Of a stretch of DNA of 50,202 nucleotides, positions 1 through 9,318 are shown one piece after another. This stretch comes from a virus (lineage: Duplodnaviria; Caudoviricetes). How positions within the stretch are numbered: the first letter of the stretch is position 1; each line of letters starts with the position of its first letter. Made by a program: the position numbers and the translations under genes. The stretch lies in IMG/VR virus record IMGVR_UViG_3300031519_008035, positions 1-50,202 of that record. The stretch is one strand, 5' to 3'. Below the pieces are notes generated by a model. That model worked only from the letters and a program-made list of their open reading frames with translations, made no database searches and was not told the DNA's origin.

Positions 1-928
1 CATTAATCAATCCCACTGTGCTTGATATGTAGAAATCAACATTTGGGCAAACTTCTAACATACGTTTTCTATTTGCTACAACATCTTTCCACACAGTTCC
101 TTTACGCATGTATTCCCCTCTGGCACCTTCTGCGTCTAGACTTGCTCCAATTGAAACTGAATCAAATTTTTTCCATAATTCTAAAACATCAATGTCTTTG
201 TATTTTGTTCTTGTGAAGTTTGTATTATAAATTAATCTCACATGATACATTTTACGTCTATCTAATTCTTTTAATATCCTATAATGTTCTTCCATTATGA
301 TCGGTTCTCCACCAGCAAAGTAAAATTGTTCTACATGTTCAAACTGCTCCAGCATTTGATCCCATATGTCGTTACTACTTCTGCCCACTTTTAGGATCTT
401 TGCATGGTTGGGTGGACTGCCTGTAAGTTTCTTGTGATCCTCGTACCAATTTGAACTGAACCATGTACCACAACTCCTACAAGCAAGGTTACATAAGTTA
501 CTGAATCTTATATCCCAGTACTTGATTACGAAATCTGCACTGCCGTCTTCCTGTGTGTTCTCTACCATGCCTATGTTGTGTCCGAAGTGTTTGTTTGAAC
601 TTAGACGTAGTGAGAAGAATCCCGACTTCTCTTGGTCATAACATTTGCCACACTGTTTGCTTGGCTTTGCGGCCAGCATGTTTTTTCTGAGCTGTTTCAT
701 GTCCTTGCCATTAAACACCGTTTCCATGGAATCTTTGTTTAGATCCCCAACAGGATATTTGTCTAATGCAAAACAACAAGGATATGCCCTGCCGTCTGGA
801 AATGCATGAATGTGTAACCAAGGCATCATGCAGAATGCATCATTATCGATTAACAACTCCTTCTCTTTAGGAGTCATGTCTTTTATCTTTAATTTCTCAG
901 GCTCTTTGGCGCCATAATCATATGCCAC
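1..928 (-). CDS. Radical SAM protein with N-terminal twitch/SPASM-like Cys cluster (partial, runs off window start)
   Basis: Not in ORF track. Read manually from GTG at 928: MAYDYGAKEPEKLKIKDMTPKEKELLIDNDAFCMMPWLHIHAFPDGRAYPCCFA... then YWDIRFSNLCNLACRSCG (CxxxCxxC) and FYFAGGEP. Confidence 0.85.
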   Translation of the reverse strand, partial: MAYDYGAKEPEKLKIKDMTPKEKELLIDNDAFCMMPWLHIHAFPDGRAYPCCFALDKYPVGDLNKDSMETVFNGKDMKQLRKNMLAAKPSKQCGKCYDQEKSGFFSLRLSSNKHFGHNIGMVENTQEDGSADFVIKYWDIRFSNLCNLACRSCGTWFSSNWYEDHKKLTGSPPNHAKILKVGRSSNDIWDQMLEQFEHVEQFYFAGGEPIIMEEHYRILKELDRRKMYHVRLIYNTNFTRTKYKDIDVLELWKKFDSVSIGASLDAEGARGEYMRKGTVWKDVVANRKRMLEVCPNVDFYISSTVGLIN

Positions 929-2261
929 GATACCATTCTCCTATTATTGGAAAAGTCTTTTCGAAATCTTTTCCGCTCCGTTTGTCGTATTGACTGTAAA
1001 ATGTCTTGAAATCTTTCTGTAACTTTTCCTGCGTGGCCGCACCTGCGTGTGGTGTTTTGACAACATCTAGGTAGTCTATCAGTCTTTGTGTTTGATTAAC
1101 TTCCATGTGTTCTAAGTGCTTCACATTGTTATTTAAAAACTTCTGTATGTCACCCTTAAATTTATTCCTTAAATCATCCGGTAACACAAGCGGTGATTGG
1201 AAGCTAGGAAACCTCAATATGTTCAGTGTGTAGTTGACCTTTGCTCCATACACCTTACCTGCATTTTTAAAGAAAAGAATTTTTTCTAATAACTCGGGCA
1301 GTGATTCTAAACACAGTGCATTGATCGTACACATGTTGTGGATCTCTGACGGTACTTTATCGACCATCATGTGTAAGAAATTTGAGAACCATTCACCGTA
1401 GTCTAGCCCATCCCTAATATACTCTGCCTGTCCAAATGTTGCTTCCATGCTGGTGTACAGATGGAAGTTATTGAATCCCTTTAGTTTCGTTTTAAATCTA
1501 TCTATGATGCTCTGCTTTGCACCTAGGTTCGAATTTATCGCTATACGCATTTCAGGATTCATCTTGTCTCCCTGTGTTTCTATCCAGTCTAAAAGTCTCC
1601 ATAGGTTTGGACTCATCATAGGTTCTCCACCTGTGATCCTCAATTCGTCTAGGCTCTTGTGTAAATCCGTTTCCCACCATTTATAGAATGCTTCAACGTA
1701 GGGATTGCTTTCATCTTTCTTGTATGGTTCTGCTGAATCATGTGCATGGGTGAAATGATTACGACCGTCCGTTGTCATTCCCGTGTATGGTCCTTGCCTC
1801 TTGATATTGTTTGCCCATGTAGAGCTAAACGCAGGATTACAATACGTACAAGCAAAGTTGCAGGTCCTGTCGAATGCTATCTCTAGTGTTTTTAGATTCA
1901 CATCTGTATTGTAATCTGTGTTGTATGCAGTATCTAGATCATCATTTGTAAATATCTTAGATTTGTAAACTCTGTCACTGATGTTGTCCCTGTCTATGTC
2001 CTCTATCTTCCAACAGTACTCGCAACCTTTTGGCCTATCACCACACTGCATCTGTTTACGTTCTTCTTTCTTCTGCACCGTGTTATGTATGGCGCTAGGA
2101 TTGGTCTTGATCGCTTCCAGATTAATCTTGTGTGGTAATGGGTGGTGACAGCTCGTGGTCATACCACTGCCCAACCATATGGTTGCATTGTACCACTTAG
2201 CTCCACAGAAACTTGCGGACTTCGTGTCTAGTATTTTTTTCTTAAATTCAAGATCTTCCAT
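918..2261 (-). CDS. Radical SAM protein with N-terminal twitch-like domain
   Basis: CNFACTYC SAM motif, ITGGEP, N-terminal C-x(18)-CH...CEYC cluster. Confidence 0.9.
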   Translation of the reverse strand: MEDLEFKKKILDTKSASFCGAKWYNATIWLGSGMTTSCHHPLPHKINLEAIKTNPSAIHNTVQKKEERKQMQCGDRPKGCEYCWKIEDIDRDNISDRVYKSKIFTNDDLDTAYNTDYNTDVNLKTLEIAFDRTCNFACTYCNPAFSSTWANNIKRQGPYTGMTTDGRNHFTHAHDSAEPYKKDESNPYVEAFYKWWETDLHKSLDELRITGGEPMMSPNLWRLLDWIETQGDKMNPEMRIAINSNLGAKQSIIDRFKTKLKGFNNFHLYTSMEATFGQAEYIRDGLDYGEWFSNFLHMMVDKVPSEIHNMCTINALCLESLPELLEKILFFKNAGKVYGAKVNYTLNILRFPSFQSPLVLPDDLRNKFKGDIQKFLNNNVKHLEHMEVNQTQRLIDYLDVVKTPHAGAATQEKLQKDFKTFYSQYDKRSGKDFEKTFPIIGEWYRGI

Positions 2262-2962
2262 TGTGTCAATTTCCTGTATTCCCCTTCGGGTGGTTCAATA
2301 TCACTTTCAAACATTATGTCTTTCACCCAGTGGTAGTGTGTTAATGGCAAAGGATGTTGGTCACTTGCTTCTGCAAATTCTTCTGGATATAATTCATGTG
2401 CAAATTCCCACATTCCTAATTTATCTTTGTAGAACTTAAATTTTGCCCAATCAATCTGTTTATACAAAGCATTCTCTGAATTTGATAAATTCTTGTGCTG
2501 TAATACATCTGCTTTGTATACCATCATCGTATATTTTACATTGTGTTTCTCCAAAAACATCTGTGTGTACAATATCCTTTCCAGTGTCCTGTACCAATTG
2601 TGTCTTTCGTTCAAGAAGTGTTTTTGATATTCCTTATGTTTTTTAATATCTGGGTGTCCACCAAACCATACACACCAATCGAAGTCTGGATCAAATCTCG
2701 AATATGTTGCAAGATTATGCTCTAGCTTTTCTTCCTTGTCATGTATTACTTCGTACCTGTCAGATCCCGACCACATGATGTACATATGTTCTATGTTTTT
2801 ATGTTTCATCACACTGTTTACAACTCCCCTTGCAATAGTTTCGTTTCCACTGGCACTGAATCCGTTGTTGTGCACCTCGGCCTCTGTAAACCATTTCACA
2901 AAGTTTGGCCAACAAGCCCATTTGTATCTTGTGAAACTACATCCATGACAAATTATACTCAT
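2228..2962 (-). CDS. SGNH/GDSL-hydrolase-like or acyltransferase-like protein
   Basis: N-terminal GCSFT (block I-like), NNGFSASGN, C-terminal DQHP (DxxH-like). Start placed at the ATGA overlap with the upstream stop (2959-2962). Confidence 0.55.
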   Translation of the reverse strand: MSIICHGCSFTRYKWACWPNFVKWFTEAEVHNNGFSASGNETIARGVVNSVMKHKNIEHMYIMWSGSDRYEVIHDKEEKLEHNLATYSRFDPDFDWCVWFGGHPDIKKHKEYQKHFLNERHNWYRTLERILYTQMFLEKHNVKYTMMVYKADVLQHKNLSNSENALYKQIDWAKFKFYKDKLGMWEFAHELYPEEFAEASDQHPLPLTHYHWVKDIMFESDIEPPEGEYRKLTQWKILNLRKKY

Positions 2963-4329
2963 GTGTTCTTGCACTCCATGTAAAATTCTTCCATCTCAGG
3001 AAATATGTTTAAGAAGTTTGTTTGTCTTCTTCTGTCGTGTTCGTTAAAAAATGCGTAAAAGTTCTTTTTTTGTTGCGTACTTGTGTCTACATTTTCTTGC
3101 CAGTGTGCTAGATTGCGTTGCATTTTTTGAATCTCAAAGTCCTTGAATATGTGTAGCCCGTTCTCCTCTCCGGAATTGGCCTGCATGTACTTTATGTTGT
3201 CCTCATGTATGCTCTGGTATGACTCTGGTAGCAGTGTGATCTGTTGCCATGCGGGTTGCCTCAGCAGTGGCACGTCAAACCACACCCTCTGATAGGTCTT
3301 GCTGTACTTTGTACGCAGTTCCAGTATCTTCTCCAACAGCTTGTCCATACTTGTGATGCTTAGATTGTTGTATGTGCATATGAACGTTATCGAGTTACGC
3401 ACAGGTATACGCTCTAGGAATTCCTCCACGTTGTCCATCATGTAGTTGAAGTCCAATCCATTACGTATGTACTCTGCTTTTTTACCGTAAGCATCCACGG
3501 AAACAAACTGCATCATGTGTTCTACTTTCTCTTGCATACATATCTCTTGTGCCATATTGAAGTATTTGTCCTTTATCTTTTTGTCTGCAGGACACATGTT
3601 GCTTGTCACATTCAAGTGTAGATCCTTCTTTGGGTGGTCTATTATGTATTGGAAGACCTTGTAGGTATTGACATCCATCATGGGTTCACCGCCCGTCATT
3701 CTGAAATGTTTTAGATTCTTGTACAGTGTGGGCCACCATTTCCAGAAAGCAGTCACGTATGGATTGTCCTCCCTGTTGGGTATGGGCTTACGTCTGCCCT
3801 GGAAGTGTTCTGGTGAATTGTGGGGAGGAGATGTGGGATATTGGCCATACCTGTCTACCTCCTTGCCCCACGTGGTTGAGAACTGTGGAGAACAGTAACT
3901 ACACTTCAAATTACAAGCATTGTTAAAGTTCACTTCCACATACCTCGGTGTCCAATGTTCGTCTATTGGATTCTTTCTAATATCCTCAAAGTCCTGCATG
4001 GCCCATGGTTCACCGGATCTGTAGTGCCTGTCTGACATCTCCCCGGTCTTCTCCATGTTCCAACAGTATGAACAACCCTCAGGCTGTTCTCCTTGGAGCA
4101 TCTGTTGTCGTTGATTCAGTTTCTCTGCTGTGTTGTGCAGTGTGGCGGGATTCAGCTTGACTGCTTCTGCGTCCATCTCGTGCAGTGGTGGGTGATAGCA
4201 TGAGTTGGTCAGTCCCGTGGGCAGATGCAGTGATGTCTGGTTCCACTTGGCCAGGCACATAGTAGGAGAAATCTGTTCTAGTTTCTTTTTGGCTTCGAGA
4301 GCATCTGTTTTGTAACTACTGGTACTCAC
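2959..4329 (-). CDS. Radical SAM protein with N-terminal twitch-like domain (paralog of 918-2261)
   Basis: CNLKCSYC, MTGGEP, CLAKW...SCYH...CSYCW. Start reassigned to GTG 4329 with AAAGGAG upstream, which avoids a long overlap. Confidence 0.88.
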   Translation of the reverse strand: MSTSSYKTDALEAKKKLEQISPTMCLAKWNQTSLHLPTGLTNSCYHPPLHEMDAEAVKLNPATLHNTAEKLNQRQQMLQGEQPEGCSYCWNMEKTGEMSDRHYRSGEPWAMQDFEDIRKNPIDEHWTPRYVEVNFNNACNLKCSYCSPQFSTTWGKEVDRYGQYPTSPPHNSPEHFQGRRKPIPNREDNPYVTAFWKWWPTLYKNLKHFRMTGGEPMMDVNTYKVFQYIIDHPKKDLHLNVTSNMCPADKKIKDKYFNMAQEICMQEKVEHMMQFVSVDAYGKKAEYIRNGLDFNYMMDNVEEFLERIPVRNSITFICTYNNLSITSMDKLLEKILELRTKYSKTYQRVWFDVPLLRQPAWQQITLLPESYQSIHEDNIKYMQANSGEENGLHIFKDFEIQKMQRNLAHWQENVDTSTQQKKNFYAFFNEHDRRRQTNFLNIFPEMEEFYMECKNT

Positions 4330-5221
4330 GATCTTGCACTCCTTTGTTCCTGTGTTGTGGCATAACAAATCTATAAAACTTGCTGTCGTCTTCGCAGTAT
4401 TCTGCAATCGGTATGTCCAGTTGTTGTCTTAGACTGTTGCCGAACAACTGTAACTCCTCATCGATGTTACCATTTTCTACTGCCAACTCTGCAAAATATT
4501 TTTCTAGTTCGGTCAAATCCCTAATCTTAAAAAATTCATTATTTGGTTCTATCACAGTGTAGAAACAACCCATCCTTGCACCCAGCATGGCATACTTGCC
4601 ATTATCAATATCTGCACCTATTGTACACCATGTACTCAAAATATTAAGATTGTTCCTCCAGATAGATTTATTGTAATTTTTTGCTGTAATAGGTTTGCCT
4701 TTTTCTGTACTCATTTTTACACCTTCTCTGTATCCTGCCACAAACGCCTGTTGTGGTGTTGCATTGATAACAGTGGTTGAGTAGCAATTATGTAAATTTT
4801 CATGAGGTACTCCCCAACAAAAATCAATTTGATTTTCTTCTGTGATAGAATTTTCATGCGTTTTCATTTCGAGGCATGTTTCCTTGTCCCATCCAACTAG
4901 TCCGCCGTTACCGTACACTAAGCCGTTTATGTTGTTCTTAGCTCTCCATCTGTGTACCGCTTTCTTGTTGGTCTTTTCCCAATCAAGTGTTTGCAGTAAA
5001 AATTGTTCATCTATTATATTATCACCATCAACACTTATGAAAAAATCTGTTTCTGCCAGCTCTGCCGCGGCCTTGTGTGCAGAATCAAATCCTTCTACAC
5101 CGTCCACACGCTTTGCCCATGGCACCTTGTTCTTTAGATCTGCCCAGTTCTGTTCCTTGTTGGGTTCTGCATAGCTGATGTAAACGAAATCTAGATCACT
5201 TATTCTGATTCTCTCTGCCAT
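4316..5221 (-). CDS. Putative GT-A-fold glycosyltransferase / nucleotide-diphospho-sugar transferase
   Basis: DFVYISY start, AHKAAA helix then FFISVDGDN (DxD motif after a hydrophobic strand), YGNGGL. Confidence 0.6.
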   Translation of the reverse strand: MAERIRISDLDFVYISYAEPNKEQNWADLKNKVPWAKRVDGVEGFDSAHKAAAELAETDFFISVDGDNIIDEQFLLQTLDWEKTNKKAVHRWRAKNNINGLVYGNGGLVGWDKETCLEMKTHENSITEENQIDFCWGVPHENLHNCYSTTVINATPQQAFVAGYREGVKMSTEKGKPITAKNYNKSIWRNNLNILSTWCTIGADIDNGKYAMLGARMGCFYTVIEPNNEFFKIRDLTELEKYFAELAVENGNIDEELQLFGNSLRQQLDIPIAEYCEDDSKFYRFVMPQHRNKGVQDREYQ

Positions 5222-5502
5222 GTGACCCCTCCATCTATTATCTTGTCAGGCCAGTGTATATCCCCATCAAGGAAATCATATCCTCTGTCGTCCTTTTGCA
5301 GTGTTCTATAAGTTGTCTTTGTTGTTGGTTTGGGTTTTAAAACAAACTCGTCTCCCTTCCAAACATAGGCTTCCGCTCCGTGTTGTAACACTTCCAGACT
5401 TCTCTTTAGGCTCACTTCAACAGTCTTGCCCTGTATGGTCACAAAATGTTTTTTCTTTGTTAACGGAGGCAAATTCTGAAATGCTTTAAGAAGTTCTGAC
5501 AT
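5200..5502 (-). CDS. Hypothetical protein
   Basis: 100-aa ORF with AAGGAG RBS, coupled to both neighbours. Confidence 0.75.
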   Translation of the reverse strand: MSELLKAFQNLPPLTKKKHFVTIQGKTVEVSLKRSLEVLQHGAEAYVWKGDEFVLKPKPTTKTTYRTLQKDDRGYDFLDGDIHWPDKIIDGGVTWQRESE

Positions 5503-6280
5503 GTAACTCCTTGTCGTGATAGTGCCACACCCTGCTCACACGTGTTTCCCCCAGATACAATGCGTCACCTGACTTATTTGGATAGAGGTATTGATTATGA
5601 TCCTTTACTCCATTCAAATTGTGAATCGCTGGCTTGTGATGTATAAACTTGAACCATTCGTAATCAATCAAATGTTGCATTGTTGTATCCATTATTCGGT
5701 ACGCCAGAGCGAACACAACATCTGTACTTGGATATGTGTCATGACATGCTATCAACATCTTGCTTCTGACTTCTTGCCAATTCTTTACTATATATTTTGC
5801 TATCTCATAGAATTTCTGTGCTTGTGTACTTTTCCTAAAATACATAAGTCCGTTATAGATGTTTGGCAACTGATTCTTAACGAACAACTGTCTATAGGTC
5901 TTGTCCTTGACTACGTTGTCCCGGTAGTCTCTGCAATCAACACTGAACACGAGATCGTGTTGCCACAAATAGTTCCACCACCAGTCTGTGTTCGTTGTCC
6001 ATAGCATATCACTTTCTAATTTTATTGTGTGTGTAAACGGAGAAAGTTGAAATGCTTTATATTCGTTTGCCCATTTAATTTTGTGATCTGCACTCTCGTC
6101 TGTGTTCATTATTTTAACAACATCTACATATTCACTTTCAAATTTACTTTTTTCATCTGTTACAACACAGATTGCATTTTCTTTGTTGTGCTGTTTTATT
6201 GACTTAGCCAGTTCTATACTACATCTAACATAGTCTGTTGTGTCGTTGTTCTGTGCGAACCATAAAAATCCCTTAGACAT
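5486..6280 (-). CDS. Putative glycosyltransferase (GT8-like)
   Basis: GFLWFAQN...LAKSIK...ICVVTD, LSPFTHTIKLESDM, YNGLMYF, STDVVF, WHYH. Start ATG 6280 with GAGG RBS. Confidence 0.65.
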   Translation of the reverse strand: MSKGFLWFAQNNDTTDYVRCSIELAKSIKQHNKENAICVVTDEKSKFESEYVDVVKIMNTDESADHKIKWANEYKAFQLSPFTHTIKLESDMLWTTNTDWWWNYLWQHDLVFSVDCRDYRDNVVKDKTYRQLFVKNQLPNIYNGLMYFRKSTQAQKFYEIAKYIVKNWQEVRSKMLIACHDTYPSTDVVFALAYRIMDTTMQHLIDYEWFKFIHHKPAIHNLNGVKDHNQYLYPNKSGDALYLGETRVSRVWHYHDKELHVRTS

Positions 6281-7022
6281 CAGCAACCTCCTTATTCAGC
6301 ACATGCACATCCTGTTGTTCTGTCCAGTTTATCTGATCGTTGTATCTCCAGGCTATGCCATTATCTGTCATTTTGACTATTTCACAGTCCGGTGGCAGTG
6401 TTGACAGTGCAAATGGAAACGTGTCGTATCCAACAAATCCGTTCAGCTGTTGCAGTGCAATAGCGAACACATAGTCATTACGTAGGTTCTGTGCGAAAAT
6501 TCTGTACAGTTGATTGAAGTATGGATAATTTTGTTTCACATACTTGATCATGTCAAATATCTGCTTGGCTTTTGCTGTCTTCTTGAAAATAAACACAGTC
6601 GCCCATACCATGGGTATCATACTCCACACACGTTGGTGGAAAGTGTTGCGTTGTGTTAAATCGTGTGCTTGATCCGGTATAAGGAAATCATATACAGTGT
6701 CCATGAACTGTAAGAGATTGTCTGTGTAACAGAAATAGTCTATGTCTATAACCAGTGTTGTATCGTAGGGCGATAGCTCATAGGCCATGTGCCTGTCTTT
6801 GTTGTTCCATACCTGTCCGTTTTTGGAATTGCCTGGCTCAGGCTCTATGAACTTGTAATTGATGAAACCCAAGGGCTTTGTTTTCTTGAAAGTTGCGTGA
6901 TCTGTGACTACTGTTATTTCCAGTTTGAGATTTTTCTTGATCAGATGCACACACTTCTCCAATATCTTGTGATACCTTGTGTGTTCCGTGTCAAAACAGA
7001 ATAGTAATACGCCTCGAGTCAT
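6273..7022 (-). CDS. Putative glycosyltransferase (GT8-like, paralog of 5486-6280)
   Basis: ITVVTD, LSPYDTTLVIDIDY (DxD), WATVFIF, RNDYVF, HVLNK. Confidence 0.7.
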   Translation of the reverse strand: MTRGVLLFCFDTEHTRYHKILEKCVHLIKKNLKLEITVVTDHATFKKTKPLGFINYKFIEPEPGNSKNGQVWNNKDRHMAYELSPYDTTLVIDIDYFCYTDNLLQFMDTVYDFLIPDQAHDLTQRNTFHQRVWSMIPMVWATVFIFKKTAKAKQIFDMIKYVKQNYPYFNQLYRIFAQNLRNDYVFAIALQQLNGFVGYDTFPFALSTLPPDCEIVKMTDNGIAWRYNDQINWTEQQDVHVLNKEVADV

Positions 7023-7339
7023 CAGTCACCTTTGTTTTCAAATGTTTTGTACATCTGATGGTACGAATTGAGGCTCTCTTGATTTCTTTCAATCAGTTTG
7101 GATAAGAAATCACCTGGATCTGTTATCTCAACAGGATTGTTGTTTGTGTCGAGGATGAAGAACGTGTCTTGTGTTTCCTTCAGTGTCCTAGCAACACAGA
7201 TAGTGTGTGGATCCGCACGGAAGATGTGTTCATTGTACACTATTATCTGTCGTGAATGTGCTTTCTCCAGGGCATTGCGTTTTGCGATCGCTATGCTGTA
7301 AGAGAGATCCGATTGTTTTTTTAAAGAGCCAATATCCAT
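7022..7339 (-). CDS. Hypothetical protein
   Basis: ORF coupled to the downstream GT. ATG 7339 lies 6 nt after a TATAAT box. Confidence 0.75.
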   Translation of the reverse strand: MDIGSLKKQSDLSYSIAIAKRNALEKAHSRQIIVYNEHIFRADPHTICVARTLKETQDTFFILDTNNNPVEITDPGDFLSKLIERNQESLNSYHQMYKTFENKGD

Positions 7340-7345
7340 AACACA

Positions 7346-7374
7346 ATTATACAATTAATTATTGGTAAAATCAA
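7346..7374 (-). promoter_or_regulatory. Sigma70-type promoter for the GT/radical SAM cluster
   Basis: TTGATT (7374-7369), 17-nt spacer, TATAAT (7351-7346). Confidence 0.6.
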
Positions 7375-7385
7375 CACCTAAAAAA

Positions 7386-8303
7386 TTATCTTGCTTGTCT
7401 GATACCGTATGCAAGTAGCACACCACGTGGAATGTTACCAGTGTACACCAAGCTGTGTACGAACCTACAATTGTTTATGAATATAGGTTTGCTGACGTCT
7501 ATCAGCCCTACGTTTTTGAATTTAAATTTTATACCCTTGGAGTCTCCGGACAGCACACAGTACAACTGGGTCGGGCCGTCTATGATGCTCTTACCATCCT
7601 CGTAGGTGAAGTCATCCCTGTGTATGGGTAGCACTGAATTTGGTTGCAACTCCACATACTGCATCTGTAATATATCTGTAAATCCAAACTGTTGCATGGT
7701 GTTCCTCAGCTTTTGGTTTTTTATCTGATCCAATCTAATGGTTGGCAGTACTGGTTGGGGTTTCAGTGACTTACACTGTCCTTGGCCATAGAACTTCGTG
7801 TCTATGAATTGCAGGTCCTCGTCCAATTCTATGTCAGTGTCTACATCACCATCGTATTCTATGTATGGTAAGTTATGGAAATCGTCTTTGGGATACCAAT
7901 AAGGACCTTCTCCTGTGGCAAAAAATTGTTTGACACTGGTTGGTATGAAATCTCCCTCCACTGTCTCGTTCCAGCTCTCTGTGATCAAGTATTTGTTTTT
8001 TAAGTTTTTGAATCTAAGCAGGTCTTCTTGTGCTATGCACTTTGATATCCTTGAGAAATATTCTGCCGGGTTTCCGTGCAACCATATCTCGTAACCATTG
8101 TCTGTGTTGACTCCTGAATTCAGACAGTGCTTTATGGATTCCCCACCTATCTCTATGTCAGTAACATCTGTCCTCTGTAAAGGGATTATGATCTTGTGCC
8201 AAGTTGGCGCCAATTCAAATGTCTGGTTATGCGTTACTATCTCACTATCGAGATCCTTGCACATAATTTGTGTATTGTTCTTTGTGGATATTCGTACCTG
8301 CAT
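7386..8303 (-). CDS. Putative 2OG-Fe(II) oxygenase (Asp/Asn beta-hydroxylase-like C-terminal domain)
   Basis: LQPNSVLPIHRDD (HxD) ... FINNCRFVHSLVY...R, a double-stranded beta-helix pattern. Start ATG 8303. Confidence 0.55.
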   Translation of the reverse strand: MQVRISTKNNTQIMCKDLDSEIVTHNQTFELAPTWHKIIIPLQRTDVTDIEIGGESIKHCLNSGVNTDNGYEIWLHGNPAEYFSRISKCIAQEDLLRFKNLKNKYLITESWNETVEGDFIPTSVKQFFATGEGPYWYPKDDFHNLPYIEYDGDVDTDIELDEDLQFIDTKFYGQGQCKSLKPQPVLPTIRLDQIKNQKLRNTMQQFGFTDILQMQYVELQPNSVLPIHRDDFTYEDGKSIIDGPTQLYCVLSGDSKGIKFKFKNVGLIDVSKPIFINNCRFVHSLVYTGNIPRGVLLAYGIRQAR

Positions 8304-8309
8304 GAACAA

Positions 8310-8315
8310 TATTTA
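8310..8315 (-). promoter_or_regulatory. T4-like late promoter core TAAATA
   Basis: TAAATA 6 nt upstream of ATG 8303. The same motif recurs before several late genes. Confidence 0.6.
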
Positions 8316-8342
8316 ATTGCACAAACAGTTGGCTGGAAATTA

Positions 8343-9314
8343 TTATGATACTGTGTTGCTGGTTGCCGCTGATCCAGATATGCCGTACACCGGGTCAAGT
8401 CCACCATCGGTGTTGGGAGTGATCGTGAACAGTTTGGTCACCATCTTGGGAGTGTCCTTGGCCGCGGCCGCAACACTGTTCAGGTTACCGGCAGTGTACT
8501 GATCGTCTGCCGCCCCGTCCGTAGCCACCATCTTGATGGTGATTGACGTTGCGTTACCACTGTCTCCGTCACCACCTCCAGTCTTGGCGGACATCACTAT
8601 GTGATTGCCCGTGTAATTGCTGTTGTCTGAAGTAAGTTTGATTAGTACTGCGTAGCCCGTGTTCAGGTCCTGGAAACCGTTTGCAAGTCCGTTAGTGGTC
8701 AGTGTCTCACCTGATCCTGATCTCGTGCTTGTCAGTGAATTTATGTCTAGGTTGCCCAATGCAGTACCCAAATCCTTAAATGATGTGTCCTTGCTAGATT
8801 CAGCCGCGGCAGATATGCCCACCGTGACCCTGATCTTGCCTCCAGCGTTGAAGAAAAATCTCATGTTGTTGGCGTTTGCGAATGTGGCTGTAACTTCCTG
8901 TGTGGCTGTTGAGTTCCAACCCTCTGATCCTGTTGTCACTGTCTGCAGTGCTGATGATGTTGTCAGATCCGTTGCACTTGTGCTACCGCCTGCCACTTCT
9001 GCCGCCAATGATGCAAGGTCTGCCACTATGGCCGCCTTGATCCCAATGGTGTCTCCTGCCGTTACTGCTGTCCTGGCTGTCAGTGAATCATTGGTGTGAC
9101 TGCCAACATTTGCCATGCCAGTAAGAAGTGCATTCCACTGTGCCGCTGTGACTGTGTTGTCTGCCGCTACTACTGGAGGTATTTCTGCCTGTCCCAGTCC
9201 GTAAACTGTTGCGCCTACGCCTGCGATATGGTTGTACCCAAATGGTGACGTTGAAGGCGTCACAAATGTGTTGAACTCGTCGTCTAAAATTGTATCACCT
9301 GCCGTATATGCCAT
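8343..9314 (-). CDS. Virion structural protein (tail/fibre-associated)
   Basis: MAY start, A/T/G/S-rich composition, RFFFNAGGKIR motif, last gene of the structural block. Confidence 0.65.
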   Translation of the reverse strand: MAYTAGDTILDDEFNTFVTPSTSPFGYNHIAGVGATVYGLGQAEIPPVVAADNTVTAAQWNALLTGMANVGSHTNDSLTARTAVTAGDTIGIKAAIVADLASLAAEVAGGSTSATDLTTSSALQTVTTGSEGWNSTATQEVTATFANANNMRFFFNAGGKIRVTVGISAAAESSKDTSFKDLGTALGNLDINSLTSTRSGSGETLTTNGLANGFQDLNTGYAVLIKLTSDNSNYTGNHIVMSAKTGGGDGDSGNATSITIKMVATDGAADDQYTAGNLNSVAAAAKDTPKMVTKLFTITPNTDGGLDPVYGISGSAATSNTVS

Positions 9315-9318
9315 AAAT

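Noticed and set aside
4330-4407. Extended N-terminus of the 482-aa radical SAM ORF in the track
   Set aside because: Overlaps the upstream gene by ~90 nt. An in-frame GTG at 4329 has a good RBS.
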